Origin: Octopus sinensis
Taxonomy: Eukaryota
NCBI RefSeq assembly: GCF_006345805.1
Contig: NC_043016.1
Location: forward strand, 25,606,001-25,670,000
DNA: 64,000 bases
Direction of reading: 5' to 3'
Shown here: positions 50,717 to 63,726 of the stretch, in pieces
Position numbering within the stretch: position 1 is the first letter of the stretch
Layout: every line of letters begins with the position of its first letter
Made by a program: the position numbers and the translations under genes
The notes under the pieces: model-generated
Seen by the model: only the letters and a program-made list of their open reading frames with translations
Databases searched by the model: none
Told to the model about the DNA's origin: nothing

Positions 50717-51395
50717 GGCATTATTATTCACCATTACACATGTTTCATATGCTAATAGGGATTACAAGGTTTTACATATTAGGCAGATGTGTAAAAAAAA
50801 AATTCCTATTAGAAATTCTTCAAACTGAGAATTGAATTTTGTTGTCTGGGGAGAGTCATATTGCCTTAATATATGTAACACACCCACCGGTTCAATTTGT
50901 TTCAACACGTGAATTCACATAAAGGGGATACAGGGGTTGGAGGATGGCTGGCAGTGGTATGGACATGTGTTGAGGAGGGATGAGGAGCTTATTCTGAGGA
51001 GGGTGCTTGAGTTTGAGATGAATGGACTATGAAAGCAAGGTAAACTGAGGAAAACATGGAGGGGGACATGTGGAGGAGGAGATTGGGAGGGTTGGCTTGA
51101 GAAGGGAGGACGCCCCAAACCGGACGAGATGGTGTGAGGGCAGTTGCTATGGCATTGAGGTAGATCTGGCCACCCTTGTTAACGGGGACAAAACCCAGAT
51201 TTAAAACATTGGATGATGACGATGAATCTTGCAAACCTGGTACAAAGATGAAATGGGAATTGAATAATAATCTATTATGCAAATATCTGTCTGAAGAATT
51301 TGTAATTGGAAATTTCTTACATATCTGTCTAATATGTAAAACTTGGTAATTCCTATTAGCAAATGAAACGTATGTAATGGAGAATAACTAACACC
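50717..51395. mobile_element. Non-autonomous DNA element with about 110-bp TIRs, interrupted by an RTE fragment
   Basis: TATTCACCATTACACATGTTTCATATGCTAATAGGGATTACAAGGTTTTACATATTAG vs right-arm reverse complement TATTCTCCATTACATACGTTTCATTTGCTAATAGGAATTACCAAGTTTTACATATTAG. Confidence 0.8.
50915..51225 (+). mobile_element. RTE-clade LINE 3' end
   Basis: WYGHVLRRDEELILRRVLEFEMNG...EEEIGRVGLRREDAPNRTRW; (GAT)n tail. Confidence 0.85.
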
Positions 51396-52029
51396 AAAAA
51401 AAAAAAAAAATGTTCTAGCTTCCTGGTTTGTTGTACAATAATTCTGTAAACAATATTTCCAGAATTTTCAATTTTTATATGTACTTTACATCTTATACTA
51501 CAAAGACAGCAACTAAATACTGGATTGTACTAATGGAATAAGCAGATGTGCTTCAACAGGAAACAGCTGAGATTTTACCCTATGTACCTACACACACACA
51601 CACACATTCGTATGGGTATGCACAGACTCACATAGACGCATATTGCATTTATGTTTGTTTATGTATATGTATAAATGTATTGTGTGCATTTGTGTGTGTG
51701 TGTGATGTGGTCAAATGGTTAAGGCTTTCACTTTATAGCCATGAAGTCCCTGGTTCAATTTCACTGTATGGTATCTTGGGTAGATTGTAACTGTATAGAA
51801 GCCTCTTGGGTTGAGTGTAACTGAATTCAGCAAGTTTACAGCTTTGTCACACTACAATGTGTTTGTACTGCTCATTCTATTTTAATTTACATTAAGGGTT
51901 CACATTTCTATGGAATACTCAATCACTTTCATGTTAACTCAAGAGCAGATAACTGGATACATTGGCCAACTGAATCCTCATGGTCAAACATGAGAAATCC
52001 ACCTACATACATACATACATCTATCTATA

Positions 52030-52077
<48 letters not shown>

Positions 52078-52398
52078 CTCTTTTTTCCCTTTTCTCTGTT
52101 CCTTTTTTTATCTCTTTTTTTTTTTGTTTTGCAAGTTACTTGGCCAACTTCTTGTGTCAGTGGCTTGAAAAAATAAATAAATAAAGAAAAAACCCGAAAA
52201 AACCCCACCTTCAATACACTTTGTAAAGTGGTTGGCATTAGGAAGGACATGCAACTGTAGAAATCATGTAAAAGGTGCCACTGTAGCTCAGCACAATCCT
52301 GCTGTTCATTCATTACTGCCAAACGTCCAACCTATACCAGCATGAAAAATGGATATCAAATTATGAAGATGATGATAAGGTTATATATACATATATAT

Positions 52399-52442
<44 letters not shown>

Positions 52443-52739
52443 ATTGACTACGCATCTCAATATATGTTTCTCAGTTGGTTGCCAGTACACTGCAGAACAG
52501 GTGAACAAGCAAAACACATAACACATACAAGTGTGGTTGAAAATGTTTACAACACTAGCTCTGCTTTTAATTCATTCTTGAAGATATATATATCCTCTTC
52601 ATGATATGCACATATACATACATGTGTGTGTTTATGTATGTATGTATGTATATATATATATATATATATGCATGTGTCTATGTATATATGCATGTGTCTA
52701 TGTATATTTGCATTTGTGTATTTCATTTATGCAAATTAC

Positions 52740-52856
52740 CCAGACCATGAATGTATTCCACTCTTTTTTACGTATATCTCCAAGTATTTCATCAGTTGAA
52801 GATAAGGTAGGGCTGTTGCTGATCTGATGATGTCTATTGAGGTAGAAGCATGTCAT
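52740..52856 (-). CDS. Candidate first coding segment (MTCFYLNRHHQISNSPTLSSTDEILGDIRKKEWNTFMVW) of a hypothetical minus-strand exon 52740-52928
   Basis: Acceptor ATTATCTTTACTTTCAG, in-frame upstream stop, GAG-ATG context, TGG|GTAATT donor, unique sequence. No homology recognised. Confidence 0.2.
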
Positions 52857-54466
52857 CTCAGCCGGTTTGTTTGTCTCTTCTTATTTGAAGTTCGCTCCCA
52901 ATTGCCACATAACAGTCGTGGACCATTCCTGAAAGTAAAGATAATTTCAGTAAATCAAGAATCTATCTTGTCTGTTTGTTAATATACTGTCTTTTGGCAA
53001 ATGAAGCTGTAAATGTCTTAGAAGGCAACAAATCAGTGAAACTATCTGTTCAGAGACCCCACTCCCTCTTACAAACTCTTTCTGACCATCAGAAGCATAG
53101 AATGTTTGCATTTTTCTTCAACTCACAGTGTGGCTTTCTAAATACATGTACTCACACAGACACGTATAGAAGTAGTCAAACCATCCTGCATGGAAAGTGG
53201 ACATAATGAATGCATTTGTGTATCTGTGTATATATTGTGTGTATGTGTATGATGTGGGGGAGGGGATTTGTGTATCTACATATGTATGTGTGTGTGTATA
53301 TGTGTATTGTACACATAATCATTTTAAATATTGTTTTCACTATTTTATAAAATTCAACAATTTCATCAAAGCACTTAAATCTTCCTTACTGCATACACAC
53401 ACACACACAAAACCACCCACTCACCTCCACACACTTACACGTAAGTATACACACCCAAGGTGGAGTACCTGGTCTACCAACTAGAAGGAAAAATAAGTTT
53501 TATTTTCTTTTTTTTTTTAATGGGAAAAAAAAAAAAAAATGACATCAAAAAGCAAAAGTCAAACAAATGATTGATTGTGAACATTAGTAACTGAGCAGCA
53601 AATTATAATAGAGATAGGTTTTTCACGTCCACCCCATCCCACCCAACTTTACCCCACTCCACTCCTCCGCCCAATTCACACTCTCACATTCTCCATTTCA
53701 TTCCCTATGTTGTAATGTGTCTTTTTTTTTTTTCCCTCTGGCTTGTTCACTCACGTGCATATGCATGTACTCACATGTACTTCTTGTATACGTCTGTGTT
53801 TTTAACTTTATATGGACATGATAGCTAGGCAGTTAAGGGCGAGTTTAATTAAACAATTGTCACATTATTTTAATACATAACTAACTGTGTCTCTTTTTAC
53901 TAACTTTATTACAAACCTTGATGTGATATTTTCTAATGTGAAAACATTAAGATGTTAGTTAGTTTAAAATGCAGAAAAATACTTATTAAAGTTGCAATAC
54001 CAAAGTAACTGGTGTCGCTGATTATCAAGAAATGTGATTTGGGGCTGCGCTAATCATGAAAATATGTCTGCAGAGAAAAAGGGAGAAGAAAAGAAAAATA
54101 ATCGGTCTGTCTGTTAGAATATTTTCTTTCTGCTTGAAGTTTGGTTTTTAGTTTTCCTTTGGCTCCAGGCCATGTAGTTCTCTGCATCACGCAGACCTAC
54201 GATCAAAGGTGTTCCGTTTGTGACCACCCTGTCTTTTATTCATAGATAGTGTATCTAGGACTACATTACCATCTGTGTCCCCCCCCCACTTTATTTTATG
54301 AATGCAAGATGTGATTCGAGAGATAGAGATTTAGCTGTTATTTTAAATTGGCTTAGCAAGCATGTTGAAACCCTCTATCTGGTTTGTACATATATTTTAT
54401 GTGAGGGTCTGTTTGTGTCTTCATATCTTGACATCACACAGTAGTTTTGATACACACACACACACA

Positions 54467-54505
<39 letters not shown>

Positions 54506-54545
54506 TATATATAAAAGTATATATTGTATGTATATAATATACACA

Positions 54546-54708
54546 TAGGCGTAGGAGTGACTGTGTGGTATGGAGCTTGCTTATGAACGACATGGTTCGG
54601 GTTCAGTACCACTGCGTGGCACTTTGGGCAAATGTCTTCTACTATAGCCTTGGGCCAACCAAAGCCTTTTGAGTGGATTTGGTAGATGGAAACTGAAAGA
54701 AGCCTGTC

Positions 54709-54746
<38 letters not shown>

Positions 54747-54953
54747 GTGTGTGTGTGTGTCTGTGTTTGTCCCCCCAACATCGCCTGACAACTGAAGGTG
54801 GTGTGTTTACGTCCCATAACTTAGTGGTTCGGTAAAAGAGACCGATAGAATAAGTACTAGGCTTACAAAGAATAAGTCCTGGATTCGATTTGCTCGACTA
54901 AAAGGTGGTGCTCCAGCATGGCCTCAGTCACATGACTGAAATAAGTAAAAGAG
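54546..54953 (+). mobile_element. SINE-A
   Basis: Consensus motifs. Confidence 0.9.
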
Positions 54954-55714
54954 ATATATATATATTCCATTCAACCCATGCTAGCACAGAAAACGGACGT
55001 TAAACGATGATGATGAAGATGATGATGTACACATATAAATGACAGGCTTCTTTCAGTTCCTGTGTACCAAATCCATTCACAAGGCTTTGATCAGCCTGGT
55101 GCCATGCAGTGGGGACTGAGCCTGAAACTACTTATGTGGGATGCAAACTTCTTACCACACAGCCAGCTTTTTTCCACTTCATAAATAAAATTTAAAGCAA
55201 AATTTGATTAAATATAAGTAAAGTCATTTTTTTAAAGGTCGTATCAATGATTAGGATGCAATATTAAAGTTGAAATTCACATTTATCTGTAACCCAGGTG
55301 GTAAAACCACTTTTACCTTACCTTCTTTCCTCACTCTCAGACAAATGGCAAGACCTGAAACTTTAGCTCTACACCTTCTTAGTGAATGAACTCTATTCTT
55401 GGATTTTTCCTACTGACTATATTTGACAATTACTGATCACCAATGTGAAGTCATTGAAATTGCTGGAAACAAGCTAAATCTGTATTCTTTCAGATCATAC
55501 TCCCCCATTGTCTTAACATGGGAAGGATATATTACATAATGTTGTCTTACATTTTCTCTAAAATGTTATGATGGTTTTGGATGGAATGCTTTGATGATAA
55601 GTCTGCTTAATCAGGGCATGGCCTGGTCTAAACAATTATTATTATCATTATTGTTATTATTATTATTATTATTATTATATTATTATTATTGATTGATTGA
55701 TAACCAAGGACATC

Positions 55715-56345
55715 ACGTGGGAGAAGACAGAGCTCATGTGTTTGGTTGTGTCAGACCAGTCCAATATATACTCGGGAGACTCAGCTGCAGGTCAGGCACT
55801 TGTAGTTTGTTGGGGCTGAAGGCAAAAAGTTGGCTCTGGACTTGCATAGTTCACATTTTCTTTTTGCTCCTATGATCCTGTTCTGTTTGTAGGAGGTGGC
55901 ACCACTCTTGGTGCAGCTTTGTCAGGTAGGGCAGTCTTGTGCTCGCATTTCCCAGGTGTCAAGGTTAATCTCAAAGCTCTTCAGGGAGGCTTTCAACGTA
56001 TCCTTGAAGCACTTTTTCTGTCCCCCTTGCATGTGATTTCCTTCCACTAGTTCATTTTAAAACAATGCATGTGTCAGGCAGTCAAACAATGCAGCCTGCT
56101 CACCTGACTTTCACTCTCCTCAGCAGTGTGTAAATGCTTGGCATATCAGCTTGAGAAAGGGCCTCTGTGTCTGGGACCTTGTCTTGCCAGGTGATTTTCA
56201 ACAGATTTCTCAGTTTATCAATGTCACACCATAAAGCTAAAGTGTTTCTACATAAGCTGCTTAAATCTCGTAGACAGTATATAACTGCTTGATATACCTT
56301 CAACTTGCTGATCAGATGAGGACTCTGCTGAAGGGTTTGTTCTCA
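55715..56345 (-). mobile_element. RTE (BovB-like) LINE ORF2 C-terminal fragment
   Basis: KVYQAV..., LRNLLKITWQDKVPDTEALSQADMPSIYTLLRR..RWAG.., decayed terminal zinc knuckle. Confidence 0.85.
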
Positions 56346-56894
56346 ATATGCCATGCCGTCACCTTGTCCTTCCCTTTGCTGTTGTAATTGCCCTTCGCTT
56401 CATGCCTGGCAGCAACTGCACCCACTCATATGTGCCTGTTCCTCCCTGTCATACATGTTGCCAACAGCAGCGAGGTCCATTCTTTCATTCTTCTTATGCT
56501 CAGACCCTTCGACTTTGCCTTGTTGTTGTAGCTGATCTAAGCAATAACAACAACAAGCAGTTTCTTTTAATGTTTTTCATTCTATAAATAAATAAATAAA
56601 TAAATAAATAAAATCGCTGGAGTAAACAATTGAAGGCTTTTGATTGGCTATTAGCTGCACAAAAAGCCAATCAAAGGCTATTGATCATTACTCTATAAGC
56701 AGCCAATCAATGTTGTCAGTTACTGACTTCAACATTTAATAATAATGGGATATATGCCCCCACCATCACACTCCACCAAGGTTGCTATATTAGTCATGAT
56801 AAAGGTAGGTACCTTGTTGGGATAGTGCTGCCATCTTTAAACCAGTGAGGGTGTCTATATGGTCAATCAGTTTACCAGAAATAAGAACCAAATT

Positions 56895-57280
56895 TCCTTC
56901 AAATCATACTTTTTGTTGCATATGCATATGCTGATAAAGTAGACTCTGAATGGTCTATCAACATGTCAGAAACAGCAACCAAATCTCCTTCGAGTCACAC
57001 CCTGGGGGTCTTACATATGTATATATGTATTAACCAATGAAGATGCCTCTAGATGTCACTCAACCTGCTAAAAATAGCAACCAAATCTCCTTCAAATCAT
57101 ACTTTTTGTTGCATATGCATATGCTGATAAAGTAGACTCTGAATGGTCTATCAACATGTCAGAAACAGCAACCAAATCTCCTTCGAGTCACACCCTGGGG
57201 GTCTTACATATGTATATATGTATTAACCAATGAAGATGCCTCTAGATGTCACTCAACCTGCTAGAAATAGCAACCAAATC
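56895..57280. repeat. 193-bp near-perfect tandem duplication
   Basis: AAATCATAC at 56901, 57094 and 57287; only one substitution noticed (GCTAAAAAT vs GCTAGAAAT). Confidence 0.9.
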
Positions 57281-57859
57281 TCCTTCAAATCATACACATC
57301 GCTGTCCTAAAGACATACCAGATTAGGTTGTCATTGCCATCATCATCATCATCATCATCATTTTAATGTTAACTTTTCCATGCTTGTAAGGGTTGGATCA
57401 AGTTCATTGAGTCAGCCTAGTTGTTTCCTGCAATACATACACCATCATCATATGTCTATCTTCCATGCATGCATGGGTAGGATGGTTGACAGGAGCCGGC
57501 CAGGTAGAAAACTACCCTAGACTACCATGCCTGTTTTGGCAGGGATTTTATGGCTAATTGAACTTCCTAACACCAACCACTCTGTAGAGTGGATTCAGTG
57601 CTTTTTATGTGGCACTAACACAGGTGAGGTTAGTTTCAGCATGATTTTTACAGCTTGATACCCTTCCAAATGCCAACCATATTACAGTGTGGTCTGGATG
57701 CTTTTTATGTGGCACCAGTACTGACAAGGTAACCAAGTAACTCCCTAAAGCAAAACTTTTCGTGGACTATTACCATGGATCCCCAATTTACTATTTTGCT
57801 TGCACAGACCCCCAAAAATCTTATATGGACTCTCCTAGATACAAAACCTTTGTCCTATA

Positions 57860-59428
57860 TATATATATATATATATATTATTTAATGTATGTCTTCTATG
57901 CTGGCATAGGCTGGACAGTTTTACAGGAGCTGGGAAGTCAGAAGACTGCACCAAGCTCTATTGCCTGCTTTGGTGTAGATTTCTTTTTCTATAGCAGCAT
58001 GCCCTTCCTAATAGCAACCACTTTACGGAATGAACTGGGTGCATTTTTAAGTAGCACTGCCATCAATAAGGTCACCAAATAATTAACAAGACAAGGCCTC
58101 TCAACTGAGAATGGTGGCTTTGTGTCAGAGAAGAGGGTAGAGTATGATAGAGGACAGAAATAGATGTCTTGCAGTAAAGAAGCTTTATAGTTATCTCATT
58201 AGAAGATAGTGAAGATATGATGGGGTGGGGTGGGTACATTCAGTTACAAAGAGGTGCTTATAAGTGAAACCTGTTTCTGTGTGCATGTATGTATGGATAT
58301 ATGTATATATATGTATGTGTGTGTGTATGTATATATATACATATACATACTTTTATTCTTTTACTTGTTTCAGTCATTTGACTGTGGCCGTGCTGGAGCA
58401 CTGCCTTTTAGTCGAAGAAATAGAACCCTGGACTTATTCTTTGTAAGCTTGGTGCTTATTCTATCGGTCTCTTTCCCAAACTGCTAAGTCGCAGGGACGT
58501 AAACACACCAACATAGGTTGTCAGGCAATGGTGTGCGGGGACAAACACACACAGACAGACACACATATATGTATACATGCATATATATATGTGTGTGTGT
58601 ACATATATATATTATATGTACATATAGAGACATACATACTTATATATATATATAATATATATATATATATTATTTAATGTATGTCTTCTATGCTGGCATA
58701 GGCTGGACAGTTTTACAGGAGCTGGGAAGTCAGAAGACTGCACCAAGCTCTATTGCTGCTTTGGTGTAGATTTCTTTTTCTATAGCAGCTGCCCTTCCTA
58801 ATAGCAACCACTTTACGGAATGAACTGGGTGCATTTTTAAGTAGCACTGCCATCAATAAGGTCACCAAATAATTAACAAGACAAGGCCTCTCAACTGAGA
58901 ATGGTGGCTTTGTGTCAGAGAAGAGGGTAGAGTATGATAGAGGACAGAAATAGATGTCTTGCAGTAAAGAAGCTTATAGTTATCTCATTAGAAGATTAGT
59001 GAAGATATGATGGGGTGGGGTGGGTACATTCAGTTACAAAGAGGTGCTTATAAGTGAAACCTGTTTCTGTGTGCATGTATGTATGGATATATGTATATAT
59101 ATGTATGTGTGTGTGTATGTATATATATACATATACATACTTTTATTCTTTTACTTGTTTCAGTCATTTGACTGTGGCCGTGCTGGAGCACTGCCTTTTA
59201 GTCGAAGAAATAGAACCCTGGACTTATTCTTTGTAAGCTTGGTGCTTATTCTATCGGTCTCTTTCCCAAACTGCTAAGTCGCAGGGACGTAAACACACCA
59301 ACATAGGTTGTCAGGCAATGGTGTGCGGGGACAAACACACACAGACAGACACACATATATGTATACATGCATATATATATGTGTGTGTGTACATATATAT
59401 ATTATATGTACATATAGAGACATACATA

Positions 59429-59445
<17 letters not shown>
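57860..59445. repeat. About 790-bp tandem duplication bounded by (TA)n
   Basis: Identical ORFs at 58230 and 59020; the copies differ by four single-base indels. Confidence 0.95.
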
Positions 59446-59465
<20 letters not shown>

Positions 59466-59779
59466 AAGAAGTAAAGAGTAAAAGAGTCAAAAGGAAGAGT
59501 AAGTACAGTTCTGCAGGTTTTTAATCACTACAAATGTTTTGATGCATACAGATCCTCGGATATACAGGATTTAAAGTTAAGTTTAAATTAAATTATGTAT
59601 GTATAGGAAGGGCATCCAGCCGTAGAAACACTGCCAGATTTGACTGGGCCTGATGAAGCCTTCTGGCTTCACAGACCCCAGTAGAACCGTCCAACCCATG
59701 CTAGCATGGAAAACGGACGCTAAATGATGATGATGATGATGATGATGATATATATATATACTCTAAACACACACATATG

Positions 59780-60190
59780 TATGACAGGCTTCTCTCAGTT
59801 TATGTCTACCAAATCCTCTCACTACCCTTTGGTCAGCCCAAGGCTATAGTAAAAGACACTTGCCCAAAGTGCCATGCAGTGGGACTGAATCTGGAACCAT
59901 GTGGTTGGTAAGCAAGCTACTTACCACACAACCACGATATAAATATTTATTCAGCTCCACTGTGCTGCACTTTGGGCAAGTGGCTTCTACAGTAGTCCTG
60001 GGCTGACCGAAGCTTTGAGAGTGGAGTTGGTAGATGGAAACTGAAAGAAATCTGTTGTGTGTGTGTATGTGCATGCACACATACAAGGTTTCTTTTAGTT
60101 TCCATCTACCAAATCCTCTTGTATGTGTTTGGTCAATCCAGTCCTGCACAATGAGATTGAACTCATGTTGTTTGTTTAATCACACAGCTA
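59780..60190. mobile_element. Three SINE-A head fragments in -,+,- orientation
   Basis: 59780-59935(-), 59950-60060(+), 60085-60190(-). Confidence 0.7.
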
Positions 60191-60573
60191 TGCTTGAGTC
60201 TAGATAATAGATAATAAAAATAAAAGCTGGTATGGTCACAGATAGTTTATCTTTTAATCAGAGAAGACCTACTAATAACAAAAGCGACTAACATCACCAT
60301 CCTGGTTCATAAAATTCTCACTCCACCCATCTTTGCATTAAAAAAAAAAAAAAAAAAAAAGAGAATTAGCAGGAAGTTTTTGTTAGTTACAATTTGACAG
60401 CTAATTTAAACAAACAATACCATCAATTTTGTTAACCATCTGTCCATTTTTTTTTTCTCACCTAAAACCCACTTACTGTATAATTTTGTGTCTTTAGTTT
60501 TTGACTTGAAACGTATCATCCTCATGAATCTTATACATACAGACATACATACATCATATATATGTTATATACA

Positions 60574-60611
<38 letters not shown>

Positions 60612-60746
60612 CTATGAAGGGTCATTCCTTGTGTTGCTTGTTTTGTTTTCCATTTGTTTCTTTTGTTGCTTGCAAAAAAAAAAGCCCTTATTTCATGTCC
60701 TCGTAATTCATATTTTAGTTATGTTTTGTGATGTCCTGTGGCCCAC

Positions 60747-60783
<37 letters not shown>

Positions 60784-61544
60784 AGTATGTACATATATGT
60801 ATTTATATATCCATATATACACACACACACACATCTACATATGTGGGAAATTCTGTCTGTGGGTGTGTTTGTGGAGTTGTTAGCTAGCTCCTCCTACATA
60901 GTTTTATCGATTTTGATGAAACTTGAGACATGAGTAGAACTCCTGTCTGGAAATCTCATGGCATACTCAGATTGTTGAAAAAAAATCAGTAATAGGGTTC
61001 CTGGAATGGATCCTTACATATAGCCAAAAGAAATAACCCATTCATTTCCCTAGATTATTTGGTAAAAATGAAATTGAGTATGCTTATTTCTTAGTATTTA
61101 AACTGTTAGAGTTATTTCCGCAAATTATCCAGTACAAACCCTTAAACAAATAAATAGTATTTTCCTTAACAATAGATCCACTTATTTTGGTCATTGACTT
61201 ATTCACGAGTATACCAACACTAGCATGCCTGAGGGTAATATTCTCTGGGAACACACAAAAGCCCTTATCAGAGTTATTTACTTTGAATTGTTATATGTTA
61301 TTATGTAACATGCTTCATGATTTTAGTATACATACCTTACTAGCATTTCCTCCTATGTTCTGTATACTCTGGGAACATATTAAAGCCATTTTTGGGGCTA
61401 CTTGAGTTGAATTCTTACTATCGGGTAACTAATTTCATGTTATTACTTAACTGACTTGCTGCTTTTTAATAAAGTTTATATACATACCTATGCACACACA
61501 CACACACACACATGCATACATACACACATACACACACACACGCG

Positions 61545-62892
61545 TGCACGCGCGACAATAAAACGTGGGCTGTGACTGCTGAGGACTTGCATAAGCTTGA
61601 AAGAAATGAAGCTAGTATGCTCCGTTGGATATGTAAGTCTGTGTGCATGCACAATAGTGTAAGTGCCCTGAGAGAAAAGTTGGACATAAGAAGCATCAGA
61701 TATGGTGTGCAAAAGAGACGACTGCGCTGGTATAGTCATGTGTTGCACATTGATGAGGACAGCTGTGTGAAAAGGTGTTACACCCTAGAAGTAGAGGGAA
61801 CCTGTGGAAGAGGTTGACCCAGGAAGACCTGGGATGAGATGGTGAAGCATGACCTTCAAACATGGGCCTCACAGGGGTAATGACAGGAGACTGAGACCTC
61901 TGGAGATGTGCTGTGATTGAGAAGACCCGGCAAATAAAGTGAGATTGCAGCCATGGCCAATGCCAGTGTTGCATGTGCAGCCCATTTAAGAGTACTCTTG
62001 ATGCATCGGGTTGATACCAACCTACCAGAAACTAACTTGGTTCTATAATACAAATTTCATGTTTTAAAATTGAAACCTTCCATCAACATTTTGTAATAAT
62101 TCATGTTTCCAACACCAGCTTAATAATTACAACTTTAATTTACTAAATTACTCATTATTTAAAAAAAATTTATTGGAATTAAAGCAGTGTATTTTCAATT
62201 GAAATATGGTAAAAAAAAAAAGGGTGGGGCGGAAATGATCTATATTAACACCATCCAAATTTCATGCTAATTTTTGTACCAAACGTCAACTTAATGACAA
62301 TGCTATTTTATTAAATTCTACATTACTTTCAAAATTAATTGAAATAAAGGCTGTGCATTTCAACAGAAATATGGTAACAAAAGAGTTACAGTGATCTAAA
62401 TAGAAACGTTCCATCAAAGTTTCATGTTAATTTTTGATCCAAATATCAACTTAAAAACAACAGAAGTTATTTTACTAATTTGTTCATTGCTCTCAAAATT
62501 GAAATTAAGGCAATGTGCTTCAGCTGAACTACCGTAACAAAAGGGTGAACATAATTTCTGTTGGTCAGCATCGCCTTACTGGCACATGAAAAAGAATTCG
62601 AGCAAGGTCATTGCCAGTGCTGCTGGACTGTGCAGGTGGCACGTAAAAAACACACCATTTAAACATGGCCTTTGCCAGTACCGCCTGACTGGCCCTCATG
62701 CTGGTGGCATGTAAAAGCAACCACTACACTCTCGGAGTGGTTGGCATTAGGAAGAGCATCCAGCTGTAGAAACTCTGCCAGATCAAGATTGGAGTCTGGT
62801 GCAGCCATCTGGTTTGCCAGACCTCAGTCAAATTGTTCAATCCATGCTACATGGAAAGCAGATGTTTAATGATGATGATGATGATGATGATA
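61545..62892 (+). mobile_element. RTE-clade LINE 3' end (coding relic 61545-61935, 3' UTR 62560-62892) split by a MITE1 array
   Basis: TWAVTAEDLHKLERNEASMLRW...RRLRWYSHVLH...LEVEGTCGRG*PRKTWDEMVKHDL; the UTR ends in (GAT)n. Confidence 0.88.
62012..62550 (-). mobile_element. MITE1 with three tandem copies of its terminal module
   Basis: ..AATATGGTAA..AAAG(G/A)GT recurs at about 62205, 62372 and 62535, the first two followed by (A/G)TGATCTA. Confidence 0.75.
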
Positions 62893-62959
62893 ATTTCATT
62901 GTAAAATAGGAATAGTTGCTAAAAGTTTTGTTGGAGAGAGAGGGTTCGGTCTGTGCATG

Positions 62960-63181
62960 CTTGACACTTCTGTTTCTATATTTCTTTTGAAATACACTGT
63001 TTTTAATTTCAATGAATTTTAAAAAATAATGAAGAAGAATATAGTAAAATAACTTTGTCATTATTAAGCTGACATTTGAAATTTTAATGGCAAATTTTAA
63101 AACTTAGATCATTTTAAAAATAGGAAGCTTGTTCCATAGAACCAGGGGTGGTTTCAGGCAGGTCGGTATCAAAAGGATTAA
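62960..63181 (+). mobile_element. MITE1
   Basis: GAAATACACTG...AGTAAAATAACTTTGTCATTATTAAGCTG...GGTATCAAAAGGATTAA. Confidence 0.85.
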
Positions 63182-63474
63182 AGAGGATAACGAATGAGCC
63201 AATCTAAAACGGCAATTTAGGAAAGACAATGGGTGAGAGATACTCATGAGACTTGTTTTCAGTAAAAGATTTGTCAATAAAAGCTGATTATTTGTTCCAC
63301 TAAAAATTTCAAGCTGGACAAAGTTTTGCATTTTCACATTTTAATTCTACGACAGCTCCTTTCAGTGTCATGTGTGTGTTGGAATTATAGTTTCTCTGGT
63401 CATGTGGAATACACAATAGTAGAGGCGAAATTAATCTATTCTATTTAGAACACAAAAAAGTCTTTGTCATAATT

Positions 63475-63509
<35 letters not shown>

Positions 63510-63527
63510 AGTGTGTGTGTATATATG

Positions 63528-63560
<33 letters not shown>

Positions 63561-63695
63561 TGTGTTACATGCACACACACAAACACATGCTCACACACAG
63601 TTATGTCAATCATTGTTTTCTCTGTCTGTCTACACCTCTACCACCACCACCATCACTACTACTAATACTACTTTTAGAGACAGAACACTGCAGAT

Positions 63696-63726
<31 letters not shown>

